Source: Octopus sinensis (lineage: Eukaryota). From it: a DNA stretch of 64,000 nt. Both the position numbers and the translations under genes were made by a program. Each line of letters starts with the position of its first letter. Within the stretch, counting starts at the first letter, position 1. The stretch lies in assembly GCF_006345805.1 (NCBI RefSeq), contig NW_021831986.1, positions 124,001 through 188,000 of the forward strand, written 5' to 3'. The notes beneath the pieces are model-generated. The model worked only from the letters and a program-made list of their open reading frames with translations. It was not told the origin of the DNA and did no database searches. Positions 25,310 to 36,152 of this stretch are shown here, in pieces.

Positions 25310-28300
25310 TAGTTTTATTTTTATTTTTATAGCGTGCTTTCACTTCACTACCGAGCACAGCTCTGTGTGCCTTGGGTATGTGCTGTGATTTGTTGTGATG
25401 CTCTGATGGTTATTGTATGGAAAGTGTTCTGCGTAGGATGTGTGCAGTGCCTAGTAGTGCAATTTTCTGTATGTTATATGTGTTTGTAAGTCCTGGTGTT
25501 TTTGTTATATATTTGTCTGAATATTTTTTATCATGCCTAATGCACCTACTATGATAGGAATTGTTTCTGTTTTCAGATTCCACATTCTAGTTACCTCTAT
25601 TTCCAGGTCTTTGTATTTTGAGAGTTTCTCAATTTCTTTTAGAGACACGTTGTCATCAGCCGGTATTGATACATCAATTAGAAAGCATTTTTTTCTTCAT
25701 GATCTCTGACAACTATATCTGGTCTGTTGGCCTTAATTTCTCTATCTGTGTGTATCGGCATATCCCAGAGTATGGTTGCTTTCTCGTTTTCTGTGACCTT
25801 TTCTGGTGTGTGCCTATACCATCTTTTTTCTGTTGTTATTCCATAATGTTGGCATAGCTTCCAATGTATGTAGGTTCCAACTCTGTCATGTCTGTGAATA
25901 TATTCCTTCTTAGCCAGGACTGGGCAGCTAGAGATAATATGATTTATTGTTTCTTGTCCATCTCCACATATTCTGCAGTTACTTGTAATATTTCTTTTCA
26001 TTACATGTATTTGGTAATTTCTGGTGGGGAGGCTTTGGTCTTGTGCTGCAATTAAAAATCCCTCTGTTTCTGCTTTGAGTACTGAGCTTCTCAACCATTG
26101 CTGGGATTTTTCTTTGTCTATTTCTTTTGCGTTTAGTTTAGTGCAGTATTTACCATGAAGGGGCTTTTCTTGCCATCGTTTTATCATGGTTCGTTGCTGT
26201 TCTATTTTTAGTTTGGATTTCATTTGTTTTATAGCTTTTGTTGTTTCTTCATCTTCTTCTTCTTCATGTTTATTAGGTGGTATGATTTCTTGTTTGTATT
26301 TGTCAGCTTCCTTAAATACTGAGAACAGATTTTTGTTTTGCCCGTGTTTTGCCGCTATGTGGATCAGTTTTCCTTCCTTCTGAAGTAGATATTTTTGCAG
26401 TCCTATGGTGGTTATTTTACAGTAGTTTTCCAGCTGTATAAGACCTCTACCACCTTCTATACGTTGTATATATAGTCTTTCTATGTCAGAGTTTGGGTGA
26501 TGCATCCTAGATCCTTTCATTATTTTTCTTGTTTTCTTATCTATTTTGGTCAGTTCATTTCGTGTCCTGTTAAGGATATTGTAGCTGTAACTTATAACTG
26601 GGACAGCTAAAGTGTTGATACCTATTATCTTGTTTTTAGCATTGAGCTCTGTGTTTAGTATTGATCTAACTCGTCTACAATATTCTTTTTTTATTTTCTC
26701 TTTCATTTGTGTGTGTTGTGTCTTATCTAGTTCATGGATTCCTAAGTATTTGTAAGTTTGGCTTTGGTCTAATTCTTTTATTTCATTGGTTTTATCTAGT
26801 GTGATGTTGTTACTCTTAACTAGTTTTCCTCTTTTCAGGGTTACTTTGGCGCATTTTTCTAATCCAAATTTCATATCTATTTCTTTGGTAAATCCATGAA
26901 ATGTCTTTAATAGTGTTTCCAGCTGTTTGTCATTTGCAGCGTATAGTTTTAGGTCATCCATATATAAAAGGTGGCTGATCGTTTTGCCGTAACATTTATA
27001 TCCGCATCCAGTTCTATTTAGCATATCAGATGGAGGTGACAGTGCCAAGCAGAAAAGGAGTGGAGAGAGCGTGTCTCCCTGGAATATTCCTCTTCTAATG
27101 GGGATGTCTTTGGTTTTCATGAGTCCCTCTTTTCTTTGGAGGTGTAGGACTGTTTGCCATTTATTCATAGAGTGCTCTATGAATTTTATGATTGTTGGTG
27201 CTACTTTGTTAATGGCTAGTGTTTCGAGGATCCGTGTGTGGGGGATGCTATCAAACGCCATTTTGTAGTCAATCCAGGCCATACTGAGGCCTTTCTTCTT
27301 TCTGTGGCTGTCTTCAGTTATGGCTTTATTAATCATTAGTTGATCTTTACAGCCATACGAGCCTTTGCGGCATCCTTTCTGCTCTTCTGGGAACAGTTTG
27401 TTTTCGTCCAGGTGCTTGTTCATCCTTTGTGATATCACTGCAGTAAATGCCTTGAACATAGTAGGGAGGCAGGTTATTGGTCTGTAGTTTTCTGGTTTTT
27501 CTGTTTCATTTGATTTAGGAATTAAGATGGTTTTCCCCTTCGTGAGCCATTCAGGCATTGTCTCTGGCTCTGCTAGTACGTTGTTTTCAGCCAGCTTTTT
27601 GTGCATTCCTGTTAGATATTTCAACCAGAAGTTGGGGATCTTGTCATGCCCAGGTGCCTTCCAGTTGCTTAGTCTTTGCAGTGCCTGGGTGACCTCTTCA
27701 GTTGTTATGTGGGTCCAAGGTTGTTCAGATGCCGAGTTTGTTATTCTGATACTCCTTTTTTTTGGTGGTTCGTTCGCCGACCATATTTCTCCCCAGAATT
27801 CTTCCAATTCTTCTGCCGTTGGTGCTGCAGTGACTTCTATTTTATTTTTTCCCAGTTCTTGGTAGAACTTTTTGGGGTTGGAGTTGAACTTTTTGTTTTC
27901 TTCAAAGAAGCGTTGGCGTTTCTTGTACCGGCGGATCCTTTGTGCTTTGGCAAGGATATCTTGCTTCAGCTTTTCGTTTATTTCAGGCAAATCTTTCTCT
28001 GTGATGTTATATTTGCGGAGTATTTTTGTTCTCTTTTTGTTGCTCAGTAGCGTTGATTGTTTGCTGATTTCATTAAGAATCGACAGGTCTTTTCTAGTTT
28101 TCTTTTTATTTTGCTTTGGATGTTATTTATCCACAGGGTTTGTTTGGGTGGTGGTACTCCTGTTTGGGCGGGTTTGGGTGAGTATCCAGCTTCTTTTGTG
28201 GCTGCAGTGGCTGCTGCGTATATTAGGTTATTTAGCACAGTGATATATTTTTTTTTGATTCAGTGGCTATCAGTTCAGTGACGGCTAGGTTTATGCTGTT

Positions 28301-29299
28301 TATAATAGGTGTTGTTATTTTGTTTATTTTGATTCTTGGGAGGTATGGTCGGTGGTCCATTTTGAGCTCTGTGGTTTTCAGTTCTTTGATTATTTTATGT
28401 TTTATATTATCATAATCATTAGGCTTCCCTTCGTTGTTTACATCGTGTTTGTTGGGAATGTTGCGTTTGTCTTCGTGTTATACATTTTCAGTGTTTATAT
28501 TATTGGGCATTGTTGTGTGGCTTCTATCTACATTTTCCTGGTGTATGTTTTCTTTTAGGTGTTCTATTTCTATTTCTGATATTTTTTTTGTGTTGAGAAT
28601 GTATCTTCGTACCTTAGCTAATTTATTAGGGTTCATTGCTGTATCCAAGTCTATATCTCTATTATTTTCCTTCCATATTTTATATGTATGTGTTGTTGTA
28701 TTTTCATTTTTTGGGTAGAGTACTACTGTGCAGTATGCGTGTAAGATAGAAATGTATTCCTCACGTGTCCATTTACGTCTTTTGGGTTTTATTTGCGGGA
28801 CATGAGGTACAACGTCCGGCCCATTATTTTGACGGTCGTCATTTTCGTAGGGTACCGGTCCGTTTATTTCTGTTGTCACATTATTTCGCACGTGTAGTTT
28901 TTCGTACAGTTTTTGTTGTAAGTTTAATGTACGTACCGCTCGATTGTTATTCTTGGGTTGAATAGTATCGGTGGCATTTAATTTCTTCGTAGTTCCTTTG
29001 TACATGGTGTTTGGGGTCGGAGATGATCGTGATGTTCCACGCATGTTTACATGTGTTGCGTTAGAGGCGGAGATGATATCGAGTCAAAATACATCATTTC
29101 GTTTCGAAAATAGTAATAAATTTCAATTGGTATTACTTACTCGGATACAGTCCAATTCTTTGTTAGTAAAACTTTGGCTCCATAGGATGTCCTTGTTTTC
29201 GATGTTTGTGGATAGATTTCGGAGCTCTGAATTTTCCTTCTTACATCTTAAACGTCCCCGGTGTTCTCCTTACGTCCCCCTGTTCTCCTTACGTCCCCC
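25307..29299 (-). mobile_element. Full-length R4/Dong family B element (~4.0 kb), frameshifted
   Basis: ATT repeat on both sides; 5' end carries ~20 bp tandem repeats; ORF pieces with RRKWTREEY, YMDD, CRIC..H..C, RPDI. Confidence 0.9.
25410..29044 (-). pseudogene. Family B polyprotein (RT + CCHC + RLE)
   Basis: ORFs 28478-29044, 28044-28238 and 25678-27990 (770 aa); frameshifted C-terminus ends RRTLSIQ* at ~25410. Confidence 0.88.
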
Positions 29300-29326
29300 T
29301 TATTATTATTATTATTATTATTATTA

Positions 29327-29363
<37 letters not shown>

Positions 29364-29613
29364 ATTATTATTATTAATATTATTATTATTATTATCGTCA
29401 TTATTATCATTATTATCATTATTATTATTATTATTGTTATTTTTAATATTATTATCATTATTATTATTATTATTATTATTATTGTTATTATTGTTGTTAT
29501 TATCGTTATTGTTATTTTTATTATTATTTTTATAGTTGTTTTTCTTGTTATTATTATTATTATTATTATCATTATCATTACCATTATCATTATCATTTTT
29601 ATTATCAATATCA

Positions 29614-29645
<32 letters not shown>

Positions 29646-29882
29646 CTATGTTCGACTTTTGGTTTATATTTGTACAAGTTGGCTCCAAGTCTCTCCCAGA
29701 GACCTCAAGAGACAACAGGGTTGGAAGTTCATGTTGTTGTTATGCCTAGTGTGCCATATATTTGGGGGGTGGGGATGTTGTACTAATGAATGTCTAAAAA
29801 AAGGTTTTTTTTTTGTTTTTTTTTTAAACCGAAAATTATGTTTGTTTTAAACCTTGAGATTACATAGAGAGTATTTTGCGTA
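29646..29882 (-). mobile_element. Family A 3' fragment (3'UTR + RKILSM*)
   Basis: Matches 20639-20872. Confidence 0.88.
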
Positions 29883-29911
29883 TTATTATTATTATATTAT
29901 TATTATTATTA

Positions 29912-29950
<39 letters not shown>

Positions 29951-30055
29951 TTTATCATTACTATTATTATTATTTTTACTATTATTATTATTGTTGTTGT
30001 TATTATTATTATTATAACTATTATTATTGCTATTATTATTATCATCATCATTTTG

Positions 30056-30247
30056 AACATGGTGATCTGGTGGAATCGTTAGCACGCAGGCGAAGTGATT
30101 AGCTGCAACTGCATTTCACTCATAACTACATGCTGAATTAAAATTCTTGTACGTATGAGATGAGTGTCTGCGTAGCATGTGGGTTGATGTGATCTAATTG
30201 CCCCTCTGCACATTTTCAGGCCTTTTGCCTAGTCTACAAACGATTAT
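30056..30247 (+). mobile_element. tRNA-derived SINE copy
   Basis: Shares diagnostic variants with 12303-12497 (tggtgatctgg, gcaggcgaagtgattagc). Confidence 0.75.
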
Positions 30248-30340
30248 TAATTGATTGATTGATTGATTGATTCTAATTTCAGCTTATGAGCTGTGGCCAT
30301 GCTGGGGCACCGCCAGTTGGTGTTGCTACTTGGTTTCACT

Positions 30341-33300
30341 TCATGGAGGCTTTCTAGCAACTGCTATTTGGTGCATGAGAGAGTTCGATGCAGCTGCCCT
30401 CATCTGCCCCTCCAGTCGTGAAGTTGGTTCATCTGGGACACCTGACAGGAAGAGATCCAGCTTCATTTTAAAGACATCTGTATCCACCCCATGCAGGTCT
30501 CTCAGGTTCTTCGGGAGGATATTGAAGAGCTGTGGGCCTCGGAAGCCCAGGCTATCACAGAATCTTGTCCTACATCTTGATGGCAGGTTTGGAGTCCTAG
30601 GCACCACGCAGTGGCGCCCAGTTCTGGCATTTGCGTAACTCTCGATGCCAAAGTTCAGGACACTTCCCTCCAGGATCTTCCAGATGTATATTATGGCATA
30701 TCTTTCCCGCCTACGCTCCAGGGAATATAATTTTAATCTCTTGAGTCTTTCCCAGTAGCTTACATTCTGCATAGAGGCTATCTTCTTCGTGTAGCTTCGT
30801 TGGATCGCCTCAAGTTCTGTGATCAACTTGACACTGGATGGTGACCATAGCTGAGAGCAATAGTCAAAGTGGCTTAGGACAAGTGTCTTCCAGAGGACCA
30901 TCATGGTTTCTTGTTCTCTTGTTCTAAAGGTTCTAAGAATCCATCCATCCAGCCGTCTACATTTCATTGTCAGTTTAGCAACATGTACATGAAAGGTCGC
31001 GTCATCACTCATGTGAATACCCAGGTCACGCACTGATTGTGCCTCTGGGATCGCAATCCCTCCGGGTCCAGTGTATTCATTGGGTATTGCATTTAGTTTT
31101 GCATGCTGATAGTATAAAGCTTGAAACTTTCCAGCATTGAACTGCATGCTATTATTTTCAGCCCACTTGTATATTTCGTCCAGCTCACATTGCAGGTGTT
31201 TAGTGTCCTCAGGGTTCTGTATTGTCTGTGAAACTTTTGTATCATCTGCATAACTTGTGATCGTGGCTCTCTGCGTGGCTGAGGGCATGTCTGAGAGGGC
31301 CATTATGAACAGTAGTGGTCCCAGAACAGTGCCCTGCGGAACACCGCTCACTATTTGTGTGTTAATGGAGGTGGCCCCATTGGCTACTACCACCTGACTT
31401 CTATCCTTCAGAAAGTCATGAAGCCATTCTCCCAGTTTTCCAACTATGTTGAGATCACGCAGTTTGTGACATATCATTCCATGATCGACTTTATCAAAGG
31501 CCTTTGCAAAGTCGAGATATATCACTTCCACATTTGAGTGGTTGAGCAGCCGTTTCAGCACCCAGTCATAGTGTTGTAGGAGCTGAGTTAAACAGCTTCT
31601 CCCTGGTCGGAAACCATGTTGGGTGTCGGGCAGCAAGTCATTCTCTTCAAGGAAGGTGATCAGCTTCTTTCTGACTATTCGTTCCATGACCTTGCTGATG
31701 TGTGAGGTCAGAGAGATAGGTCTATAGTTCTTGGCTTCCGCTCTGCTACCTCCTTTATGAATGGGGCATATTTTACCTTCCTTCAGTTTTCCTGGAAGTT
31801 TGCCAGCTGCAAGGAAGCTCTGAAAGAGGAACTGCAGTGGTCTTGCTAGGACTCTCTTACATGCTTTTAGGAGGATTGCCGGGAATCCATCGGGGCCAGT
31901 AGCTGAGTCTGTTTTCATTTCATCTATAGCCTTGGTTACATCGTCTTCCTTTATATCGATGTAATCTATCGTCGCCGCCTCTGATTTTATATCTGCAGTG
32001 GTAAAAAAGTCAGTTGGATTGGTGATTTGGAGATGCCCAAGGGGTGGAGTGAAAACACTCTTGAATTGCTCATTCAGTATTTCACTTACCCTCATTGGTT
32101 TTCCTGTAAGTGTGCCATCCTTTTCGAGGAGTGGCCCTATTCTACAGTGCACTGTAGCTGTTTCTTTGGCATACCTGTAGAAAGCTCTGGGGTTAGATTT
32201 TATGTTTTCTATAGCCCAGGCTTCTTTGTCTGCTCTTTCTTTTTCATGGGAGAGTTGCAGACATTTTTCGATTTCCAACAGTTTTATTTTTAGGCGGGAC
32301 TTTTCACTGCTTTCAATCTGTTTGTTTAGGCGATTTGAAAATTTCGTACGCCGTCTCATTAAAATTTTCCTCTCTCTGGGGATTTTGTTCTTGTGTACAG
32401 TGGCCTTTCTCTCTGGGACACATTTGTAGCATATGGCTTGCATTACAGACATGAATTGTTGAAGTTTCACGTCGATGTCTGGCGAGGAGAGACATTTAGG
32501 CCAGTTTTGTTTGAGGATCTCTTTCTCAATTTGTTTCCAGTTTGCCTTATGGTAGTTCAAGCTGGAAAGATTTTGAGGGTTTCTTGTAGGCTGCATGTCC
32601 GTGCTCTCTTTTGGCCCGTACATGGTCAGCTCTATCATGTTGTGATCCGAGAGTAGTGTCGGTGTCACTTTCACATTATGGATGAGATCCATGTCATTTG
32701 TGAAGCAGAGATCCAGTGTGTTACCTGCCCTGGTTGGTTGGAGTATTACCTGCTCCATGTACAGGGTGTTGATGAGGTTCAGGAGGGACCTCGCCTGTCC
32801 TCGTTCACATCTTGTCATTCCTGGGAGAGAAAGGCCCTCGGGCCATCTGACATTGGGCAGATTGAAGTCTCCCATAAGAAGCACACCTATGTGTTGTTCT
32901 AATGTGGTTAGAATTTCTTCTATTTTTATAAGGCAGTCTTCAAACTTGCCCACATGGCTTGGGGCATCTGGAGGGCGATATGTAGCACACACAACTACAT
33001 CAAGTTGCCTAATATGTACAATTAGTGTGTCACACACCGAGTTTGAGTATGACAAGAGGACCTGGGGTGTGAGGTCCTCACGGATGTACATAGCAACACC
33101 TCCATGACTCCTTTCTTTCCTGTCGGTCCGTAGTACAGCATACTGTGGTATGTGTAACTCCGCATCTGCTATGTCCGGTTTCAGGTGCGTTTCCGTAAGT
33201 GCTATGCATAAGGCTTGATTGCATGCAACAAAGTCTCTCAGGAACGGGATCTTTGTCCTGTTACTGAGTGTTTGCAGTCCTCTGATGTTCAGTAGGAGCA

Positions 33301-33445
33301 TCGAGGTGAGGTGTACGTTGTTGCCGGCGGTGTCCATCCTGTGTCTGTTTGCTGTGGTGGTCTGGTATATAGTGGGTAGTCCCACCTGCGGGCTTGGGTT
33401 TGATGAAGCCAGGTCAGCTGCTGTACAATCTTTTGTGCCATGCAC
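30341..33445 (-). CDS. LINE E ORF2: APE endonuclease + reverse transcriptase, uninterrupted (1034 aa)
   Basis: Motifs LLNIRGL, LTETHL, YRPP, GDFN, LDL, SDH; RT NYRPISLTS, GVPQG, YADD. Confidence 0.93.
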   Translation of the reverse strand: MHGTKDCTAADLASSNPSPQVGLPTIYQTTTANRHRMDTAGNNVHLTSMLLLNIRGLQTLSNRTKIPFLRDFVACNQALCIALTETHLKPDIADAELHIPQYAVLRTDRKERSHGGVAMYIREDLTPQVLLSYSNSVCDTLIVHIRQLDVVVCATYRPPDAPSHVGKFEDCLIKIEEILTTLEQHIGVLLMGDFNLPNVRWPEGLSLPGMTRCERGQARSLLNLINTLYMEQVILQPTRAGNTLDLCFTNDMDLIHNVKVTPTLLSDHNMIELTMYGPKESTDMQPTRNPQNLSSLNYHKANWKQIEKEILKQNWPKCLSSPDIDVKLQQFMSVMQAICYKCVPERKATVHKNKIPRERKILMRRRTKFSNRLNKQIESSEKSRLKIKLLEIEKCLQLSHEKERADKEAWAIENIKSNPRAFYRYAKETATVHCRIGPLLEKDGTLTGKPMRVSEILNEQFKSVFTPPLGHLQITNPTDFFTTADIKSEAATIDYIDIKEDDVTKAIDEMKTDSATGPDGFPAILLKACKRVLARPLQFLFQSFLAAGKLPGKLKEGKICPIHKGGSRAEAKNYRPISLTSHISKVMERIVRKKLITFLEENDLLPDTQHGFRPGRSCLTQLLQHYDWVLKRLLNHSNVEVIYLDFAKAFDKVDHGMICHKLRDLNIVGKLGEWLHDFLKDRSQVVVANGATSINTQIVSGVPQGTVLGPLLFIMALSDMPSATQRATITSYADDTKVSQTIQNPEDTKHLQCELDEIYKWAENNSMQFNAGKFQALYYQHAKLNAIPNEYTGPGGIAIPEAQSVRDLGIHMSDDATFHVHVAKLTMKCRRLDGWILRTFRTREQETMMVLWKTLVLSHFDYCSQLWSPSSVKLITELEAIQRSYTKKIASMQNVSYWERLKRLKLYSLERRRERYAIIYIWKILEGSVLNFGIESYANARTGRHCVVPRTPNLPSRCRTRFCDSLGFRGPQLFNILPKNLRDLHGVDTDVFKMKLDLFLSGVPDEPTSRLEGQMRAAASNSLMHQIAVARKPP

Positions 33446-34199
33446 AAAAAAGATTGTTGCTCAGCAGCTGCTCTTTCGACAACATCATGTTGGCGGTTTG
33501 TGGCGCGCACAACATCTGCGTACCTCCGCTTTGGGGCAGGTGGTGCGTGGTCCATCCCTTTTCTTTGTGTTGATGGTTTGTCCATCTGCCTCGTGTCTCT
33601 GTGGCAGGGTCCCCGATGTGCAAAGCGGCAGCCTGCACCTTCCTTTCCATGCCAGCAGGAACCTCTCAGGTAGAACATACACACCGTGTGCGCTGTTTGG
33701 TTCCATCCTTTGCGGTTCCACTTCTATTCCTGGTTGTTTCACCCTTTGGTCCTGCTTGAGCTTTTTCTTTTCCTTTAGCTCTTCCAGTCCTTCTTTTAGT
33801 TCTTCTTCCTCCCTCTACCTCTTCACCGGGTTCTCCGTCTCCATGGCCCTTGCTGCCGGTTGGAGAACTTGCACCTGGGTTCACTTCCCGGGCAGGTTTC
33901 TCATTCAAAACCTCCTCCCGGGCGTCCACCAGGTGGGGGTGACTTCTTTCATCGTCTCCATTCTTGCCATCTTTGCCCCGCTCGTTCTCAAAGATGGCAT
34001 CAAGTGCGCCAATGTGCGACCGTACAAGCGCATATGAGCGCACGAATTCCTGTCTCTTTCGCTCCATCTGAGCCGCTGTCCTCTTGTAGCCTCTGCTCTT
34101 CAGCGCAGCCGCAATCACCTCGCTAGGACTATCTCCGCCGGCGCACTCCCATGCTTGTACGAATAAATCCAGCTCGTCAGGTCTCCATGCTCTGGACAT
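33289..34199 (-). CDS. LINE E ORF1, split over two frames: Myb/SANT-like N-terminus and CCCH zinc finger
   Basis: 33666-34199 WRPDELDLFVQAWE...IAAALKSRGYKRTAAQMERK; 33289-33684 CMFYLRGSCWHGKEGAGCRFAH. Confidence 0.65.
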
Positions 34200-34309
34200 G
34201 CTGGATAATCCGTCTATCCGTTTATCTATCTAATTATGTTCGAGAGAAGACAGGAAGATATTAAGGCTAATTAGAAGATAGAGTACTCGAAGAAGAAATA
34301 TTAACAATA

Positions 34310-35712
34310 TTAAAGTTTGTGGGTAAAAACGTTATTTAATCTTAAGGCTAATTAGGGGATAGAGTATCTGAAAATGTATTAGCAATATTAATATTATATT
34401 AGAGTGTGGGTAAAAACGTTGTTTAATCTTAAGGCTAATTAGGAGATAGAGTATCTGAAAATATATTAGCAATATTAATATTATATTAGAGTGTGGGTAA
34501 AAACGTTATTTAATCTTAAGACTAATTAGGAGATAGAGTATCTGAAAATATATTAGCAATATTAATATTATATTAGAGTGTGGGTAAAAACGTTATTTAA
34601 TCTTAAGACTAATTAGGAGATAGAGTATCTGAAAATATATTAGCAATATTAATATTATATTAGAGTGTGGGTAATATTAAACGTTATTTAATTTAATCTT
34701 AAGGCTAATTAGAAGATAGAGTATCTGAAAAATTATTAACAATATTAAAACAATATTAAACGTTATTTAATTTAATCTTAAGGCTAATTAACAATAATTA
34801 TTAACAATATTAAACAATATTAAACGTTATTTAATTTAATCCTAAGGCTAATTAGACGTTATTAATATTAAACGTTATTTAATTTAATCTTAAGGCTAAT
34901 TAGAAGATAGAGTATCTGAAAAATTATTATATCGAGAACAGATATTGAAAATGTAAACAAACAAAAATTATATTAGAGTGTGGGTAATATTAAACGTTAT
35001 TTAATTTAATCTTAAGGCTAATTAGAAGATAGAGTATCTGAAAAATTATTAACAATATTAAAACAATATTAAACGTTATTTAATTTAATCTTAAGGCTAA
35101 TTAACAATAATTATTAACAATATTAAACAATATTAAACGTTATTTAATTTAATCCTAAGGCTAATTAGACGTTATCAATATTAAACGTTATTTAATTTAA
35201 TCTTAAGGCTAATTAGAAGATAGAGTATCGGAAAAATTATTATATCGAGAACAGATATTGAAAATGTAAACAAACAAAAATTATATTAGAGTGTGGGTAA
35301 TATTAAACGTTATTTAATTTAATCTTAAGGCAAATTAGAAGATAGAGTATCTGAAAAATTATTAACAATATTAAACAATATCAAACGTTATTTAATTTAA
35401 TCTTAAGGCTAATTAACAATAATTATTAACAATATTAAACAATATTAAACGTTATTTAATTTAATCTTAAGGCTAATTAGACGTTATCAATATTAAACGT
35501 TATTTAATTTAATCTTAAGGCTAATTAGAAGATAGAGTATCTGAAAAATTATTATATCGAGAACAGATATTGAAAATGTAAACAAACAAAAATTATATTA
35601 GAGTGTGGGTAATATTAAACGTTATTTAATTTAATCTTAAGGCTAATTAGAAGATAGAGTATCTGAAAAATTATTATATCGAGAACAGATATTGAAAATG
35701 TAAACAAACAAA
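34310..35712. repeat. Tandem array: 4 x 87 bp followed by ~3.3 x 313 bp higher-order units
   Basis: gggtaa recurs at 34321, 34408, 34495, 34582 and 34669, then 34982, 35295 and 35607; shared core aacgttattt(aattt)aatcttaaggctaatta. Confidence 0.92.
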
Positions 35713-36152
35713 ATGGCGATCGCAACTTTAACTAAGATGTGGGCCTAAGTGAAGGATAAAATAGAATAATAAACAAAATATGAAATAGATGAAAGTGATA
35801 CTTAATCCAACAATGTGGTCTGGATTTTTTTTGGGTTTACGGGATTTTTTTTTTTCAGGAGAGATGCTTCTTTTTTTCTTTCTAACAGGAGATAACTTGA
35901 TTCAGTTATTTTTGCACCATGTGCGTTTCGGCGAAAATGAAAATTACTGTGTATATGTATATATTTATATATATATATTTTTAAATATTTTTAACCAAAG
36001 GGTTGTAGTGATCTCTATGACTTAGAGTTTTACGTTTTGCAACTACAGTGGGTTATTTCGCCGATCTATGCAGACTTTTTCACAGAGAAGAGGCAATACG
36101 TCTCTCTCTGTTGAAAACGGAACCGGATAATATTGTTATTATTATTGTTATA

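Larger units (their letters stand above)
30250..36130 (-). mobile_element. Full-length CR1/L2-group LINE, family E (5' boundary uncertain, 35720-36130)
   Basis: (AATC)n tail at 30250-30272, ORF2, ORF1 and a repeat-rich 5' region; absent from the paralogous site at ~12497. Confidence 0.85.

Noticed and set aside
33219-34037. 272 aa + strand ORF and other antisense ORFs over the LINEs
   Set aside because: Antisense shadows of the element ORFs with no recognisable motifs
34310-35712. Possible CRISPR array
   Set aside because: Whole units repeat with no unique spacers; no cas genes; eukaryotic LINE context
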